NCBI GenBank assembly: GCA_002269645.1 | Contig: NIVC01000928.1 | Coordinates: forward strand, 124,001 to 188,000 | Source: Macrostomum lignano | Taxonomy: Eukaryota | Direction: 5' to 3' | DNA: 64,000 nucleotides | Shown here: positions 48,450 through 61,364 of the stretch, in pieces | Layout of the letters: each line of letters opens with the position of its first letter | How positions within the stretch are numbered: the first letter of the stretch is position 1 | Notes under the pieces: generated by a model | The model's input: the letters and a program-made list of their open reading frames with translations, nothing else | The model's database searches: none | Told to the model about the DNA's origin: nothing | Program-made: the position numbers and the translations under genes

Positions 48450-51400
48450 ATGGCCACCGGATCAGCTTCCGCTCAACAATTTTACAATGGCAGCGCCAGC
48501 AATAATTCTTATCTGACTTCTACACTGGAAGATCTCATGTCAGACAGCTTGGACGAGATGGCGCCCTCAACGATGTCGGCTGGCTTGCCGTCTGGAGGTT
48601 CCGGACAGCCGGGCGCCAAAGCTGTTGAACTGCTGGACCAGCTCAGATCCTGTATGACTGACCTGTCTGATGTGCGAGGCATCTTCAGAGCTGCGGGTGA
48701 GACCGGTGAACATATTTATCAATCATGTCAGCCTTACTTGCCACCTTCCCAGTTGATTGAGATTCCGTTTTAGGCTCCCAGAATACTTTCTATTGGGAAG
48801 ATTGTGCAGAATTTTTAAGGCGCCAATGCGCCTGTGTCCAAGTTGGACTGTCGGTAGCTGTGCCTGTCCACCTGTCCATCTGCCGTCCACCTGTCTTATC
48901 TATCTGTCTGTCCACCTGTCCATCTGCCGTCCACCTGTCTTATCTATCTGTATGTCCACCTGTCCATCTGCCTGTCCACCTGTCTCATCTGTCTGTCCAC
49001 CTGTCTCATCTGTCTGTCTACCTGTCTAACCTATGTCTGTCCACTGTCTCATCTGTCTGTCTACCTGTCCATCTGCCTGTCCTCCTGTCTTGTTTATCTG
49101 TCTGATCACCTGTCTTGTCCATCTGTCTGTCTACCTGTCTTGTCCATCTGTCTGTCTACCTGTCTTGTCCACCTGTCTAGTCCATCTGTCCACCCATCTT
49201 GTTCATCTGTCCACCTGTCTTGTCCACCTGTCCACCTATCTTGTCCATCCTGTTCACCTGTCTTGTCCATCTGCCTGACCACCTATAAGAGCGCACAATG
49301 ACAGTATCTCAGCCTAGAAATATCCCAGACTCAAACTTGCCCCTAAATCCTCAGGCGCTGAGAACGCCAGGTTCGTGCGCCAGCTGGCTCACGAGCTGCC
49401 GCCGAGTTCGCCGGTGCCCACCGGCACTGCTGCGGCGCCTTCGTCGACTTCAACCGCGAACGGCGTCGGCCAGTCGGACTTGAAGCGCCGAGTGGCCGAG
49501 CTGGAGTCCGAGAATGCCAGCCTGAGAGCCGAGTTGGCGACTGTCAGGCTGCAGCTCGACCAGCTGCTCACTAGAAGTCCTAGGCAGTACTCCGGCTTGG
49601 CCCCTGTCAAGGAGGGCGGCGATGCAGCGACCGCGGCATCCGCTCAGAGCTCCGTGCTGGTTGGCATTGCCGCGCCTGAGGCCACTTCGACAGCTAAGAA
49701 ACCCACGGCTCTGGTTAATGCCATGCCGGCTGCCCCAGCGGCTTCTAACACTGGTGCGTGTGGCTTAGCATGCGTTTGTACTTTAGTCAGTCAAGTCGCA
49801 GACAGGGCTTTTGATGCCAGCAGTTACATCTTCCAATTTTCTATCAGAGTTTCTCACTGAGAGTTTCCCACTGAGAGTTTCCCATTGAGAGTTTCCCATT
49901 GAGAGTTTCCCATTGAGAGTTTCCCTCGGAGAGTTTTCCACTGAGAGTTTCCCATTGAGAGTTTCCCATTGAGAGTTTCCCATTGAGAGTTTCCCTCTGA
50001 GAGTTTCCCATTGAGAGTTTCCCACTGTTAGTTTCCCACTGAGAGTTTCCCACTGAGAGTTTCCCACTGAAAGTTTCCCACAGAGAGTTTCCCACTGTTA
50101 GTTTCCCATTGAGAGTTTCCCATTGAGAGTTTCCCATTGAGAGTTTCCCACTGAGAGTTTTCCACTGAGAGTTTCCCATTGAGAGTTTCCCATTGAGAGT
50201 TTCCCATTGAGAGTTTCCCACTGAGAGTTTCCCATTGAGAGTTTCCCATTGAGAGTTTCCCATTGAGAGTTTCCCATTGAGAGTTTCCCTCTGAAAGTTT
50301 CCCATTGAGAGTTTCCCACTGTTAGTTTCCCACTGAGAGTTTCCCACTGAGAGTTTCCCACTGAGAGTTTCCCATTGAGAGTTTCCCATTGGCATTGAGA
50401 GTTTCCCTCTGAGAGTTTCCCATTGAGAGTTTCTCACTGAGAGTTTCCCACTGAGAGTTTCCCACTGAGAGTTTCCCACTGAGAGTTTCCCATTGAGAGT
50501 TTCCCAATGAGAGTTTCCCTCGGAGAGTTTCCCACTGAGAGTTTTCCACTGAGAGTTTCCCACTGAGAGTTTCCCATTGAGAGTTTCCCATTGAGAGTTT
50601 CCCACTGAGAGTTTCCCATTGAGAGTTTCCCACTGTTAGTTTCCCATTGAGAGTTTCCCACTGTTAGTTTCCCATTGAGAGTTTCCCATTGAGAGTTTCC
50701 CACTGAGAGTTTCCCATTGAGAGTTTCCCACTGAGAGTTTCCCTTTGAGAGTTTCCCACTGAGAGTTTCCCTCTGAAAGTTTCCCATTGAGAGTTTCCCA
50801 CTGAGAGTTTGCCATTGAGAGTTTCCCATTGAGAGTTTCCCACTGAGAGTTTCCCTTTGAGAGTTTCCCTCTGAGAGTTTCCCATTGAGAGTTTCTCACT
50901 GAGAGTTTTCCACTGTGAGAGTTTCCCACTGTGAATTTCCTATTGAGAGTGGAAATTATTTTTCATGTTTCTCCCAACCACCCCCCGCCGAGCAGACTCA
51001 TCATCAACTCTGTCAACGCCTCGACCTCAGCGGCACAATACCGCAGGCGCTGCCGCTCCGGCGCCACCGACTGCCGATCCCGCCGAGGCCGCCATCGTCA
51101 GCAGTGTCGCCGACACGGCCGCAATGGAGGCGGAGGCTCGCCGCCAGCAGATGATGCTGCGGCCGCTGCCAGTGTCAACCAAGGACTCCGGCGGCTCCTC
51201 CGGCAGGAGCGGCTTCCGCAAGCTGGTGGCCTCCATGCGCTGGAAGAAGAGCCGCGGCAGCGCTAATCTTCAACGGGGCGGCAACTTCCGGTCGACAATT
51301 GGCGGCGGCGGCGGCGGAGCTTCCGGTGGCGGCGCGGCTGGTTCGTCGTCCTCCTCGACGCTGCCCTCGCCGCCTCGCCTTCTGTCGGCTCCGCTCACTC

Positions 51401-52847
51401 CGTCTGGCGCCGCCTTCGCGCACTGGGACTCGCGCCGGCTGGCTAGATGGTTCACCGACCTCCGGCTGGACATGTACGTCACCGCCGTGGTGTCTGATGG
51501 GTGGCGTGGTGCCCGACTGCTGGCCAGCAGCGACAGGGAGCTGGAGCGGGGCCTGCAGCTGCGACACCCGCTGCACCTGCGGAAGCTGCGCCTGGCCATC
51601 GAGCTGGAGACCAGCGGCGGCCGGCTGGACGACTATCTGCGGCCGGACTTCAATGTGGCCAGATGGCTGGACGATTTGGGACTGCGGCAGCACACCGACG
51701 CCTTCGCTGCCGCGGCTGCCGACCCGCTGCTGTTGGACAATCTGCGACTGGCCGACCTGTCGCACCTGCGCATTGTCAGCCTGCTGCACGCGCACAGCCT
51801 GAGGCGCGGGGTGCAGGCAATGCGCCTGGTGGACTGGCGCCTGGACTCGCTGGTTCGGCGGGCTGGGACCAGCGCCGATCTGCCCAGGTGGACTAGCCAT
51901 CAGGTTTGTACTTTTATTGGGAGGCTGGTGTATGTAGATTTGCTTCTGGAGAATGTAGCCTCAAATTTCCTGTGTTTTTAAAGAAAGATTGTAGCTTCGA
52001 ATTCTATATTTCTAAGAAAACTTCCAGTCTTTCTAGGAAAGCTGGTTTCTAAGAAAGCTGCGTACGGCTGTTCAGTTTAAGAACTTGGGGGGTCGCCACA
52101 CACACCCTCAATTAACCCCAGCTCATGCTGGCACCCATTTTACAGCTGAGTGAACTGAAGCAATGCAGAGTTGAGTGTCTCTTGCTCAAGGACACAAAAT
52201 TGTGTTCCGAGTGGGTCCAGAATCGAACCCCTGACCTTTCAGTCGCGAGTCTGACCGCTCTAACCACTAGGCTGCAACCCCTCCTGGCGATTTTTTTCTA
52301 AGAATGCTATTGCCCTTTAAATCCTATATTTCTAGGAAAGAGTGTCCTCAATAAAAATATTTCTAAGAAAACCTGGTACTCTTTAATCCTCACAAAATCC
52401 CACGTTATCCCTCAAACGCGGCAGGTGATGGAGTGGCTTCGCCAGGCGGACCTGGCCGAGTACGCGGTGAACTTGCGCGGCTCCGGTGTACACGGCGCCC
52501 TCATGGCGCTGGAGCCGCGGTTCACCTGCGACCTGCTGGCGGCCCTGCTGTCCATCCCGGTCGAGAAGTCGCTGCTCCGGCGCCACCTGCTGTCCAACTT
52601 TGTCGAGTTGGTCGGCGCCGACACGCACGCGGCAAAGATGCGCGCCCCGAACCCGCTGACCCTGGCAGGGAAAGTGAAGCTCAAGAAGCGGATTGGCCTG
52701 TTCTCTTCTAGTAGCACCGGCTCTGCCGCTGGCAGCAGCAGCAGCGAGACCTCGCCCGATGCGCTGCTGTGTCCGAGAACTTCGGATTGTTTGGATCAGC
52801 TGCTGAAAATGAGCACTCCGGCTCCGCCTAGGCTGACTCACCTGTGA
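48450..52847 (+). CDS. PPFIBP: Liprin-beta-like protein (three SAM domains), ~658 aa; exons 48450-48696, 49355-49753, 50996-51903, 52425-52847
   Basis: SAM1 FAHWDSRRLARWF..HLRKLRLA, SAM2 VARWLDDLGLRQH and SAM3 WTSHQ/VMEWLRQADLAEYAVNLRGSGVHGALMALEPRF...LLRRHL, which is characteristic of liprin-beta. Short coiled coil (LKRRVAELESENASLRAELATVRLQLDQL). Phases 1, 1, 0 are consistent. Confidence 0.88.
48860..49285. repeat. Degenerate CTGTC/CCAC low-complexity repeat (liprin intron 1)
   Basis: Repeated CTGTCCACCTGTC / CTGTCTGTC motifs. Confidence 0.8.
49845..50950. repeat. 14-bp minisatellite (liprin intron 2)
   Basis: (GAGAGTTTCCCATT/CT)n, about 78 copies. Confidence 0.95.
52087..52282 (-). mobile_element. 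tRNA-derived SINE, second copy (liprin intron 3)
   Basis: The reverse complement matches 13683-13880, including the A box, B box GGTTCGATTC and the GTGTCCTTGAGCAAGAGACAC core. Confidence 0.85.
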
Positions 52848-53924
52848 GCTGACTCACCTGTGACCTGACTCATTCATTCTTGATTGACGGGACAATCGCT
52901 GTGAGAATTTTGGTTTTGATACAAATTGCTGCCTCAGAAATCGCGCTCAACGCCAATAGGAAATTGGCCTTTTAAGCTCAGATGCGTCCTGTATGAGCCT
53001 CAGAAATTGTAAAGTCTCTCGAGTACTTAAGCTATTGTAGTATTCATTAATAGCTATGTATTTTGCTACCTGTTTTAATAAGTTTTTTATTTTCAATTGG
53101 CGCAAAGTTCTACTCATTCTCTTGTACTGTTGGTTGTACTTTTACTTTAATAGTTTTAAGTATTATTAATGTTTGATTAGTTGGAAAGTTTAAGCGAGAA
53201 ATTTGTGCCATTAAAAGTTTTTGTAACCGGTTTGCACTTTTTACTATCTGTGCTTATTTTTTTCCCAATTTTCTATTTACATTTTGACTACTATGAGTAG
53301 CTATGTTTCGTAGGAAAGTTTTTGGCAACTCAGTTCACGCTTTTTATCATTCGAAGCTTGAGATAAGCTTAAATATGCGCGTTCGCCTGCTTACAGTAGA
53401 GTAGTAGTTTGTTGCGAAGCTTTTTTAATTAGCATCGTTGCTTGTCTGTCTTCCATCCATTGCTGGTTACTAGCTACTTTAGTCTATTTTAGTAAGTATT
53501 AAAAAGTTTGTTGTGTACTTTTATCTGTGCTCAAAGCTTTGCGCTATGTAATAATAAATCAACATTTATTTGCTTGATTTTTTGCAAAAAAGTTTGTTTT
53601 TCAGTAAACTCGCTGAACAACTCACTTGTGTCACAAAATATTTTTCTGAGTTTCAAATTTAATCTCGCAATGCGTTTGGTCCGCCTTCGTAATCACGAGC
53701 AATTGACGCTTGTTATAAAATTTATATATGCTGCAGTTTGTTGTCGTGTGTTTAAATATAGCAACTGTTAACTTATTATTACGACGAGTAGTATTGATGC
53801 TTTTTAATACCTTCTTCTCTTTCACCTAGGCAAAGGCTAGTATAATTTTTGCGTTTAGTAGCGTACAGAAGATCACCAATTACTGATGATAGGTGTCCTA
53901 AATTAAGTTCGATTGCATCCGATA

Positions 53925-54200
53925 TGTATATTTAAACGGCCGATATGTATCGAAGGTATATTTACTTCACCAATATGTATCGAAAGTATATTTAATCCGC
54001 CGATATGTATCGAAAGTATATTTAGACCGCCGATATGTATCGAAAGTATATTTAATCCGCCGATATGTATCGAAAGTATATTTAGACTGCCGATATGTAT
54101 CGAAAGTATATTTAGACCGCCAATATGTATCGAAAGTATATTTAATCCGCCGATATGTATCGAAAGTATATTTAGACTGCCGATATGTATCAAAAGTATG
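53925..54200. repeat. 30-bp tandem repeat directly upstream of the NuSAP-like ATG
   Basis: (CCGATATGTATCGAAAGTATATTTAGACCG)n, about 9 copies. Confidence 0.92.
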
Positions 54201-54228
54201 CTATATACCCTATGCATAAATTGCAGGC

Positions 54229-57200
54229 ATGTCGACCGAAGCCGCTGATTTGGTAGCCGGCCTGAGCTATGCGGAGCTGCGCCGATGGGCAAAGCATTTC
54301 GGCGTCAAGGGTCGCCGGAAGGCGTTCAAATTGCGCGATTCTTTGCAGCCCTTCGCCGGCCAGATTGCCGAGGCCATGGCGGCCGAGTCTGCTCAGGATG
54401 ATGTTGCTGATGCTGTTAAAGCGGCGCCAAAAGTTGTCGAAGAGGATTCGACATCGGCGAGGAGGCGAGGGTATGAGAAACGAAAGCTGCCAGTTCGTCG
54501 GGCCGCAGGCAGGAAGCGACAGCGCCAGTCGCCCTCGCCGGAGGCTGAGGCTGACGACAAGGCTGTTCCGGATTTTTCGTCTGGTAAAACCGGAAATTCT
54601 CCCTCGGTTACCAAGGAAAATTTAACTGCAAAATCGTCTGACAAGATTCAGCTGTCAGCTGACAAGATTCAGAAATCAACTGACAAGATTCAGAAATCAA
54701 CTGACAAGATTCAGAAATTAACTGACAAAAGTCAGGAATCAGCTGACAAGATTGAGTTAACAACTGACAAGATTGAGTTAACAACTGACAAGATTGAGTT
54801 AATAGCTGACGAGAGTCAGGAATCAGCTGACAAGATTGAGAAATCAGCTGACAAGATTCAGAAATCAACTGACAAAATTCATGAAACAGCTGACAAGATT
54901 CAGAAATCAACTGACAAGATTCATGAAACAGCTGACACGATTCAGAAATCAACTGACAAGAATCAGGAATCAACTGACGAGATTGAGTTAACAGCTAACA
55001 AGATTCTGGAATCAGCTGAAAAGATTCCTAAAACAACTGACAAAATTCATAAAACAGCTGACAAGATTCAGGAATTAGCTGACGAGATTGAGTTAACAGC
55101 TGACAAGATTCAGAAATCAGCTGACGAGAGTCAGTTAACAACAGACAGTGTCGATCTAACAACTGACAAAAACAAAGTATCGTCTGACAGGATCAAACAG
55201 TTGCCTGACAAGAATAGAAACCAGCAATTTGACGCTGTCGCAGTGACAGCCGAGAATGACGCCGCCTCATCCTGCCTGACAGATGAGAGCCTCGACAGGC
55301 CGTCGCTGCAGGCAGCCGGCGAAGACAGTCAGAAAGAGAACGTGGCGCCGTCAGACTATTCACCTGGCCAGGTCAGCCAGCACAGCGCCCAGTCCTGCTT
55401 CTACGTTGTTGAAGACGAACAGCCCGGCATGGCAGCCCCGGAGCCTCCAGCCGCGGCCCGACCCGCCGCTGCCGTCGGCATGCCAAATTTCGCCGACATC
55501 CACGCTAGAAACGCCGCCCGACATCAGGAGTCCCTGGCCGACTATCAGGCCAGGAAGGCGGCCAGAGCCACCTACCTGTTAAGCAAGCCGGTTACTAGCC
55601 AGGCTCGGCTGCACACTCACCAGGTCACCTCGACGCCTCAGGGCCGGTCGGCGGTCACCCAGACCAGCCCGTCTCCGCCGCAGTCGCAGCATCGCCAGGC
55701 TCGGCAGCCGCCGCAGTCGGCGAGTCCGGCCGTTCGCCAGCACGTCTGCCGACGGGCCTTCACGCCCGGCTCCGGCTGTGAGTGCCCGGCCTTGGCAGAG
55801 TTGGGTGGTGGGGGGGGGGTGCTGTTAGTAGCTGTGGCTGCTCATCTGGCATTTGGCTGCGTGCTATATAACTGCCGCCTCTATTCATCCACACTTGCCT
55901 ATATGCTATGCCTCTGTGCCTGCTTTCCCTCTGTACCCTCCTCTCTGTACTCTCCTCTCTGTACCCTCCTCCCTTCTGTACCCTCCCTTCTGTACCCTCC
56001 CTTCTGTACCCTCCCTTCTGTACCCTCCTGTCTGTAGCCTCCTCCCTAGCGTTATCGCTATTGCGGCGTGCCCGCAGAGGCAGGCAAAGCCAGAAGCAAA
56101 CGGCACACTAACAGCAATCAGCTGCACTGGTCTGGCCGAACATGCGCAGTCAACACGGCGGGTCTCCTCTCTTCTTCTTCTGCAGTCAAATTTTTCCTGC
56201 GCGCTCGCCAAGCGGAGAATTGTTAACTTTGATCCTGAGGCCAGTGTGTTGCCTAAGCCCTCCTGCGTGCCCGGCCATGCGCTGATGGCAGTGGTAGTGA
56301 TGGATGAGTTGAATCTTCCACTCTGTGCCGCCGCCAGGAAGCGCTCCAATCCATCACCGGATGCAAAATACCTTTAGAGAGGCTGGGCGCCGCAAATGAA
56401 AGCAGCAGAAATGTATACCTTGGCTACAACTATACTTACAAGCTGGCTAGCTGGAACCTACCTGTGGCCATCCATCACTGTCAGCCTGCAGGCAGGCGGA
56501 GACCTCAGCCAGCAGCAGCAGCAGATGCATTCAACTGGATTGCAGAGGCCGAAGCAGGTAGCAGCTCCTGCCGCCGCGCCACCGAAGCACACCTTCAAGT
56601 AGGCGACAGTAGGCAGTTGTGGGCTGCTGCAGCAGTGTATAATCAATCTTAGTCACCAGGCACCGCCACCACAACTCAGAGAATCTACAGACAGGCACAA
56701 GCGGGAACCTACCTGACTGACTGACAAGGTTCAGGCGAATCAGGCATAGTTATTTATATAGAAACAATCTTGGCAAGGGATTCATTGGAACTGGCCTTAA
56801 AAGGCCAACTTCTTTTCAAGCCACTCACTGATAAGGCAGCAACTTCCTGTTTGTCTAAAAAAAACGATCCGCTGTCAAAACAACTCGGCAAGGAAACTAA
56901 GATCGGTGTCGGTTGTTTAGTTGGTGCACCTGAACTTGCACCTGAACAGCAGATCTGCATATTACTCTGGCTGCATTCCGGCACACTTTAATTGGTACAG
57001 GGAGAGATGTAGAAGGAAGGGAGAGAGAGACGTAAAAGGAAGGGAGAGAGATGTAGATGGAAGGGAGAGAGAGATGTAGAAGGAAGGGAGAGAGATGTAG
57101 ATGGAAGGGAGAGAGATGTAGATGGAAGGGAGAGAGATGTAGATGGAAGGGAGAGAGATGTAGATGGAAGGGAGAGAGATGTAGATGGAAGGGAGAGAGA

Positions 57201-60200
57201 TGTAGAAGGAAGCGAGAGAGATGTAGATCGAAGGGAGAGAGATGTAGAAGGAAGGGAGAGAGATGTAGATGGAAGGGAGAGAGATGTAGATGGAAGGGAG
57301 AGAGATGTAGATGGAAGGGAGAGAGAGAGATGTAGAAGGAAGGGAGAGAGAGATGTAGATGGAAGGGAGAGAGAGATGTAGAAGGAAGGGAGAGAAAGAT
57401 GTAGAAGGAAGGGAGAGAGATGTAGATGGAAGGGAGAGAGAGATGTAGAAGGAAGGGAGAGAGAGATGTAGAAGAAAGGGAGAGAGAGAGATGTAGAAGG
57501 AAGGGAGAGAGAGAGAGAGATGTAGAAGGAAGGGAGAGAGAGAGAGATGTAGAAGGAAGGGAGAGAGAGAGATGTAGAAGGAAGGGAGAAAGAGATGTAG
57601 ATGGAAGGGAGAGAGATGTAGAAGGAAGGGAGAGAGAGATGTAGAAGAAAGGGAGAGAGAGATGTAGAAGGAAGGGAGAGAGAGAGATGTAGAAGGAAGG
57701 GAGAGAGAGATGTAGAAGGAAGGGAGAAAGAGATGTAGAAGGAAGGGAGAGAGAGATGTAGAAGGAAGGGAGAAAGAGATGTAGAAGGAAGGGAGAAAGA
57801 GATGTAGAAGGAAGGGAGATAGAGACGTAAAAGGAAGGGAGAGAGATGTAGAAGGAAGGGAGAGAGAGATGTAGAAGGAAGGGAGAGAGATGTAGATGGA
57901 AGGGAGAGAGATGTAGAAGGAAGGGAGAGAGAGATGTAGAAGGAAGGGAGAAAGAGATGTAGAAGGAAGGGAGAAAGAGATGTAGAAGGAAGGGAGATAG
58001 AGACGTAAAAGGAAGGGAGAGAGATGTAGAAGGAAGGGAGAGAGAGATGTAGAAGGAAGGGAGAGAGATGTAGATGGAAGGGAGAGAGATGTAGAAGGAA
58101 GGGAGAGAGATGTAGAAGGAAGATAGAGAGATGTAGAAGGAAGATAGAGAGATGTAGAAGGAAGGGAGAGAGATGTAGATGGAAGGGATAGAGAGATGTA
58201 GAAGGAAGGGAGAGATATGTAGATGGAAGGGAGAGAGATGTAGAAGGAAGGGAGAGAGGTGTAGAAAGAAGGGAGAGAGATGTAGAAGAAAGGGAGAGAG
58301 AGATGTAGAAGGAAGGGAGAAAGAGATGTAGAAGGAAGGGAGAAAGAGATGTAGAAGGAAGGGAGATAGAGACGTAAAAGGAAGGGAGAGAGATGTAGAA
58401 GGAAGGGAGAGAGAGATGTAGAAGGAAGGGAGAGAGATGTAGATGGAAGGGAGAGAGATGTAGAAGGAAGGGAGAGAGATGTAGAAGGAAGATAGAGAGA
58501 TGTAGAAGGAAGATAGAGAGATGTAGAAGGAAGGGAGAGAGATGTAGATGGAAGGGATAGAGAGATGTAGAAGGAAGGGAGAGATATGTAGATGGAAGGG
58601 AGAGAGATGTAGAAGGAAGGGAGAGAGGTGTAGAAGGAAGGGAGAGAGATGTAGAAGAAAGGGAGAGAGAGATGTAGAAGGAAGGGAGAAAGAGATGTAG
58701 AAGGAAGGGAGAAAGAGATGTAGAAGGAAGGGAGAAAGAGATGTAGAAGGAAAGGAGAGAGAGATGTAGAAGGAAGGGAGAAAGAGATGTAGAAGGAAGG
58801 GAGAGAGAGATGTAGAAGGAAGGGTTAGAGAGATGTAGAAGGAAGGGAGAAAGAGATGTAGAAGGAAGGGAGAAAGAGATGTAGAAGGAAGGGAGAAAGA
58901 TATGTAGAAGGAAGGGAGAGAGAGATGTAGAAGGAAGGGAGAAAGAGATGTAGAAGGAAGGGAGAAAGAGATGTAGAAGGAAGGGAGAAAGATATGTAGA
59001 AGGAAGGGAGAGAGAGATGTAGAAGGAAGGGAGAAAGAGATGTAGAAGGAAGGGAGAAAGAGATGTAGAAGGAAGGGAGAAAGAGATGTAGAAGGAAGGG
59101 AGAAAGAGATGTAGAAGGAAGGGAGAAAGATATGTAGAAGGAAGGGAGAGAGAGATGTAGAAGGAAGGGAGAAAGAGATTTAGAAGGAAGGGAGAGAGAG
59201 ATGTAGAAGGAAGGGAGAGAGAGATGTAGAAGGAAGATTTAAAGGAAAAGGGTCAGAGAAAACATAGGGCGGTTAAAGGAGAGGAGGGTAAAGAAGGAAG
59301 AAGGGAGGGAAACTAGAAAAAAAGAGGGGAGGAGGTTGCAGATGGTAATCGAAGGTCCGAAAAGAAGGTACTGGCCAAGGACTCCTAAAGGCACATGAGA
59401 AATGCGTTCAATAACAACGCAGAAGTCTACGAGTTAGTTTGACTCGTATTTCTTTAAAACGATTTTCAGCTAAACGACAGAAGTTCGATCTGCAGTCCAG
59501 TCTGTCTCGGCCTCTGACCTGGGTGCCCCACCGCGGCCCCTTGAAGCCCTTCGCTCCGGAATCGCCCGCCTATCTCGGCGGCAGCGGCGGCAGCGGCTGT
59601 GTGGGTCGCAAGAGGCCAATCAGTGCAAAGTGAGTGCGATTTTTCCCTGGGTTGATTTTTTCTAGAGACAGATGGGACTTGAAACTAAGAGAGAGACAGA
59701 GATGGGACTAAGAGAGATAGAGATGGGACTAAGAGAGAGACAGAGATGGGACTAAGAGAGAGACAGAGATGGGACTAAGAGAGAGACAGAGATGGGACTA
59801 AGAGACACAGAGATGGGACTAAGAGAGAGAGACAGAGATGGGACTAAGAGAGAGACAGAGATGGGACTAAGAGAGACAGAGATGGGACTAAGAAAGACAG
59901 AGATGGGACTAAGAGAGAGACAGAGATGGGACTAAGAGAGAGACAGAGATGGGACTAAGAGAGACAGAGATGGTACTAAGAAAGACAGAGATGGGACTAA
60001 GAGAGACAGAGATGGGACTAAGAGAGAGACAGATGGGACTAAGAGAGACAGAGATGGGACTAAGAGAGAGACAGAGATGGGACTAAGAGAGAGACAGATG
60101 GGACTAAGAGAGACAGAGATGGGACTAAGAGAGACAGAGATGGGACTAAGAGAGAGACAGAGATGGGACTAAGAGAGAGACAGAGATGGGACTAAGAGAG

Positions 60201-60784
60201 ACAGAGATGGGACTAAGAAAGACAGAGATGGGACTAAGAGAGACAGAGATGGGACTAAGAGAGACAGAGATGGGACTAAGAGAGACAGAGATGGGACTAA
60301 GAGAGAGACAGATGGGACTAAGAGAGACAGAGATGGGACTAAGAGAGAGACAGAGATGGGACTAAGAGACACAGAGATGGGACTAAGAGAGAGACAGATG
60401 GGACTAAGAGAGAGACAGAGATGGGACTAAGAGACACAGAGATGGGACTAAGAGAGAGACAGAGATGGGACTAAGAGAGAGACAGAGATGGGACTAAGAG
60501 AGAGACATATATGGGACTAAGAGAGAGACAGAGATGGGACTAAGAGAGACAGAGATGGGACTAAGAGAGACAGAGATGGGACTAAGAGATAGACAGAGAT
60601 GGGACTAAGAGAGAGACGGAGATGGGAGTAAGAGAGACAGAGATGGGACTAAGAGAGACAGAGATGGGACTAAGAGAGAGACAGAGATGGGACCAAGGAT
60701 TAGTTCCTCTGAACCTCCAATTGCAGAGAGGCCACAGCAGACAGCGCCAGTGCAGCAAAGCGCAAGCACTTGGACCTGCCTTGA
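54229..60784 (+). CDS. NUSAP1: NuSAP1-like (nucleolar and spindle-associated) protein; first exon from 54229, conserved late exon 59470-59629, likely last exon 60727-60784; middle exons unresolved
   Basis: N-terminal SAP-like LSYAELRRWAKHFGVKGRRKAFKLRDSL, central PNFADIHARN..ESLADYQARK and C-terminal KFDLQSSLSRPLTWVPHRGPLKP. These match the three conserved NuSAP blocks as I recall them from human NUSAP1 (LKYSDLQNLAK.., PNFKKLHE.., [22 protein letters not shown]). Confidence 0.82.
54636..55190 (+). repeat. 21-bp (7-codon) repeat, in frame within the NuSAP-like ORF
   Basis: (GCTGACAAGATTCAGAAATCA)n encoding ADKIQKS / TDKIELT, about 26 copies. Confidence 0.9.
57000..59238. repeat. Purine-rich 21-23-bp minisatellite (NuSAP intron)
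   Basis: (GATGTAGAAGGAAGGGAGAGA[GA])n. Confidence 0.95.
59665..60690. repeat. 21-23-bp minisatellite (NuSAP last intron)
   Basis: (GAGACAGAGATGGGACTAAGA[GA])n. Confidence 0.95.
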
Positions 60785-61364
60785 GCCCTGCTGGCCCAGG
60801 CGTTGGTATTCCGCAATTACATTGCATCAGTCTCTGTGCATGATAGACTGGTTTATTGCGCAACTGATACTGAAAACTACGCAGGTGGTGTCTGTTGTGC
60901 ATCTTAGTTTCCTTTTGTATCATTTAGTTCGTTATAATTTTATAATAACTAACGTTTTTTATTGCGTTGCTTTTTAAGCCGGCATTTTCTGTTGACATAA
61001 TAACTATCAATGCAGCTCTGGTTTAATTCTGTATTGCATTGACTGTCTGGTTTTGTTGTTTGCTGCTGCAGGTGTTTTTTAAAAATATTTTTATTAGTTA
61101 TTATTCATTGGTGCTCCCACATTTTTTATAAGTTTTCTATTTGCTTAGCTTACAATATACTTTATAGTGCAATGCAGTGATAAACTCTTCACTTTCATAA
61201 TTTAAATTTAAAATTATGCTAGTAACAAGGCTCATTGTGTACTACAGCACAGTGCTAATCCAAACCTTATTCAACTGAACTTTTAATTTTGTTTTAATGC
61301 TTTTAGATTACAGAATCTTATCAAAAAATTACAGAACAGAAATTATTGTCTGGCGATGATGTAG

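Noticed and set aside
49783-50929. Multiple MGNSQWETLSGKLS ORFs
   Set aside because: Antisense translations of the 14-bp intronic minisatellite.
55853-56991. ORFs 55853..56377, 56396..56602 and 56770..56991 as NuSAP middle exons
   Set aside because: Some are probably partly coding, but I could not build a unique phase-consistent path, so no coordinates are claimed.
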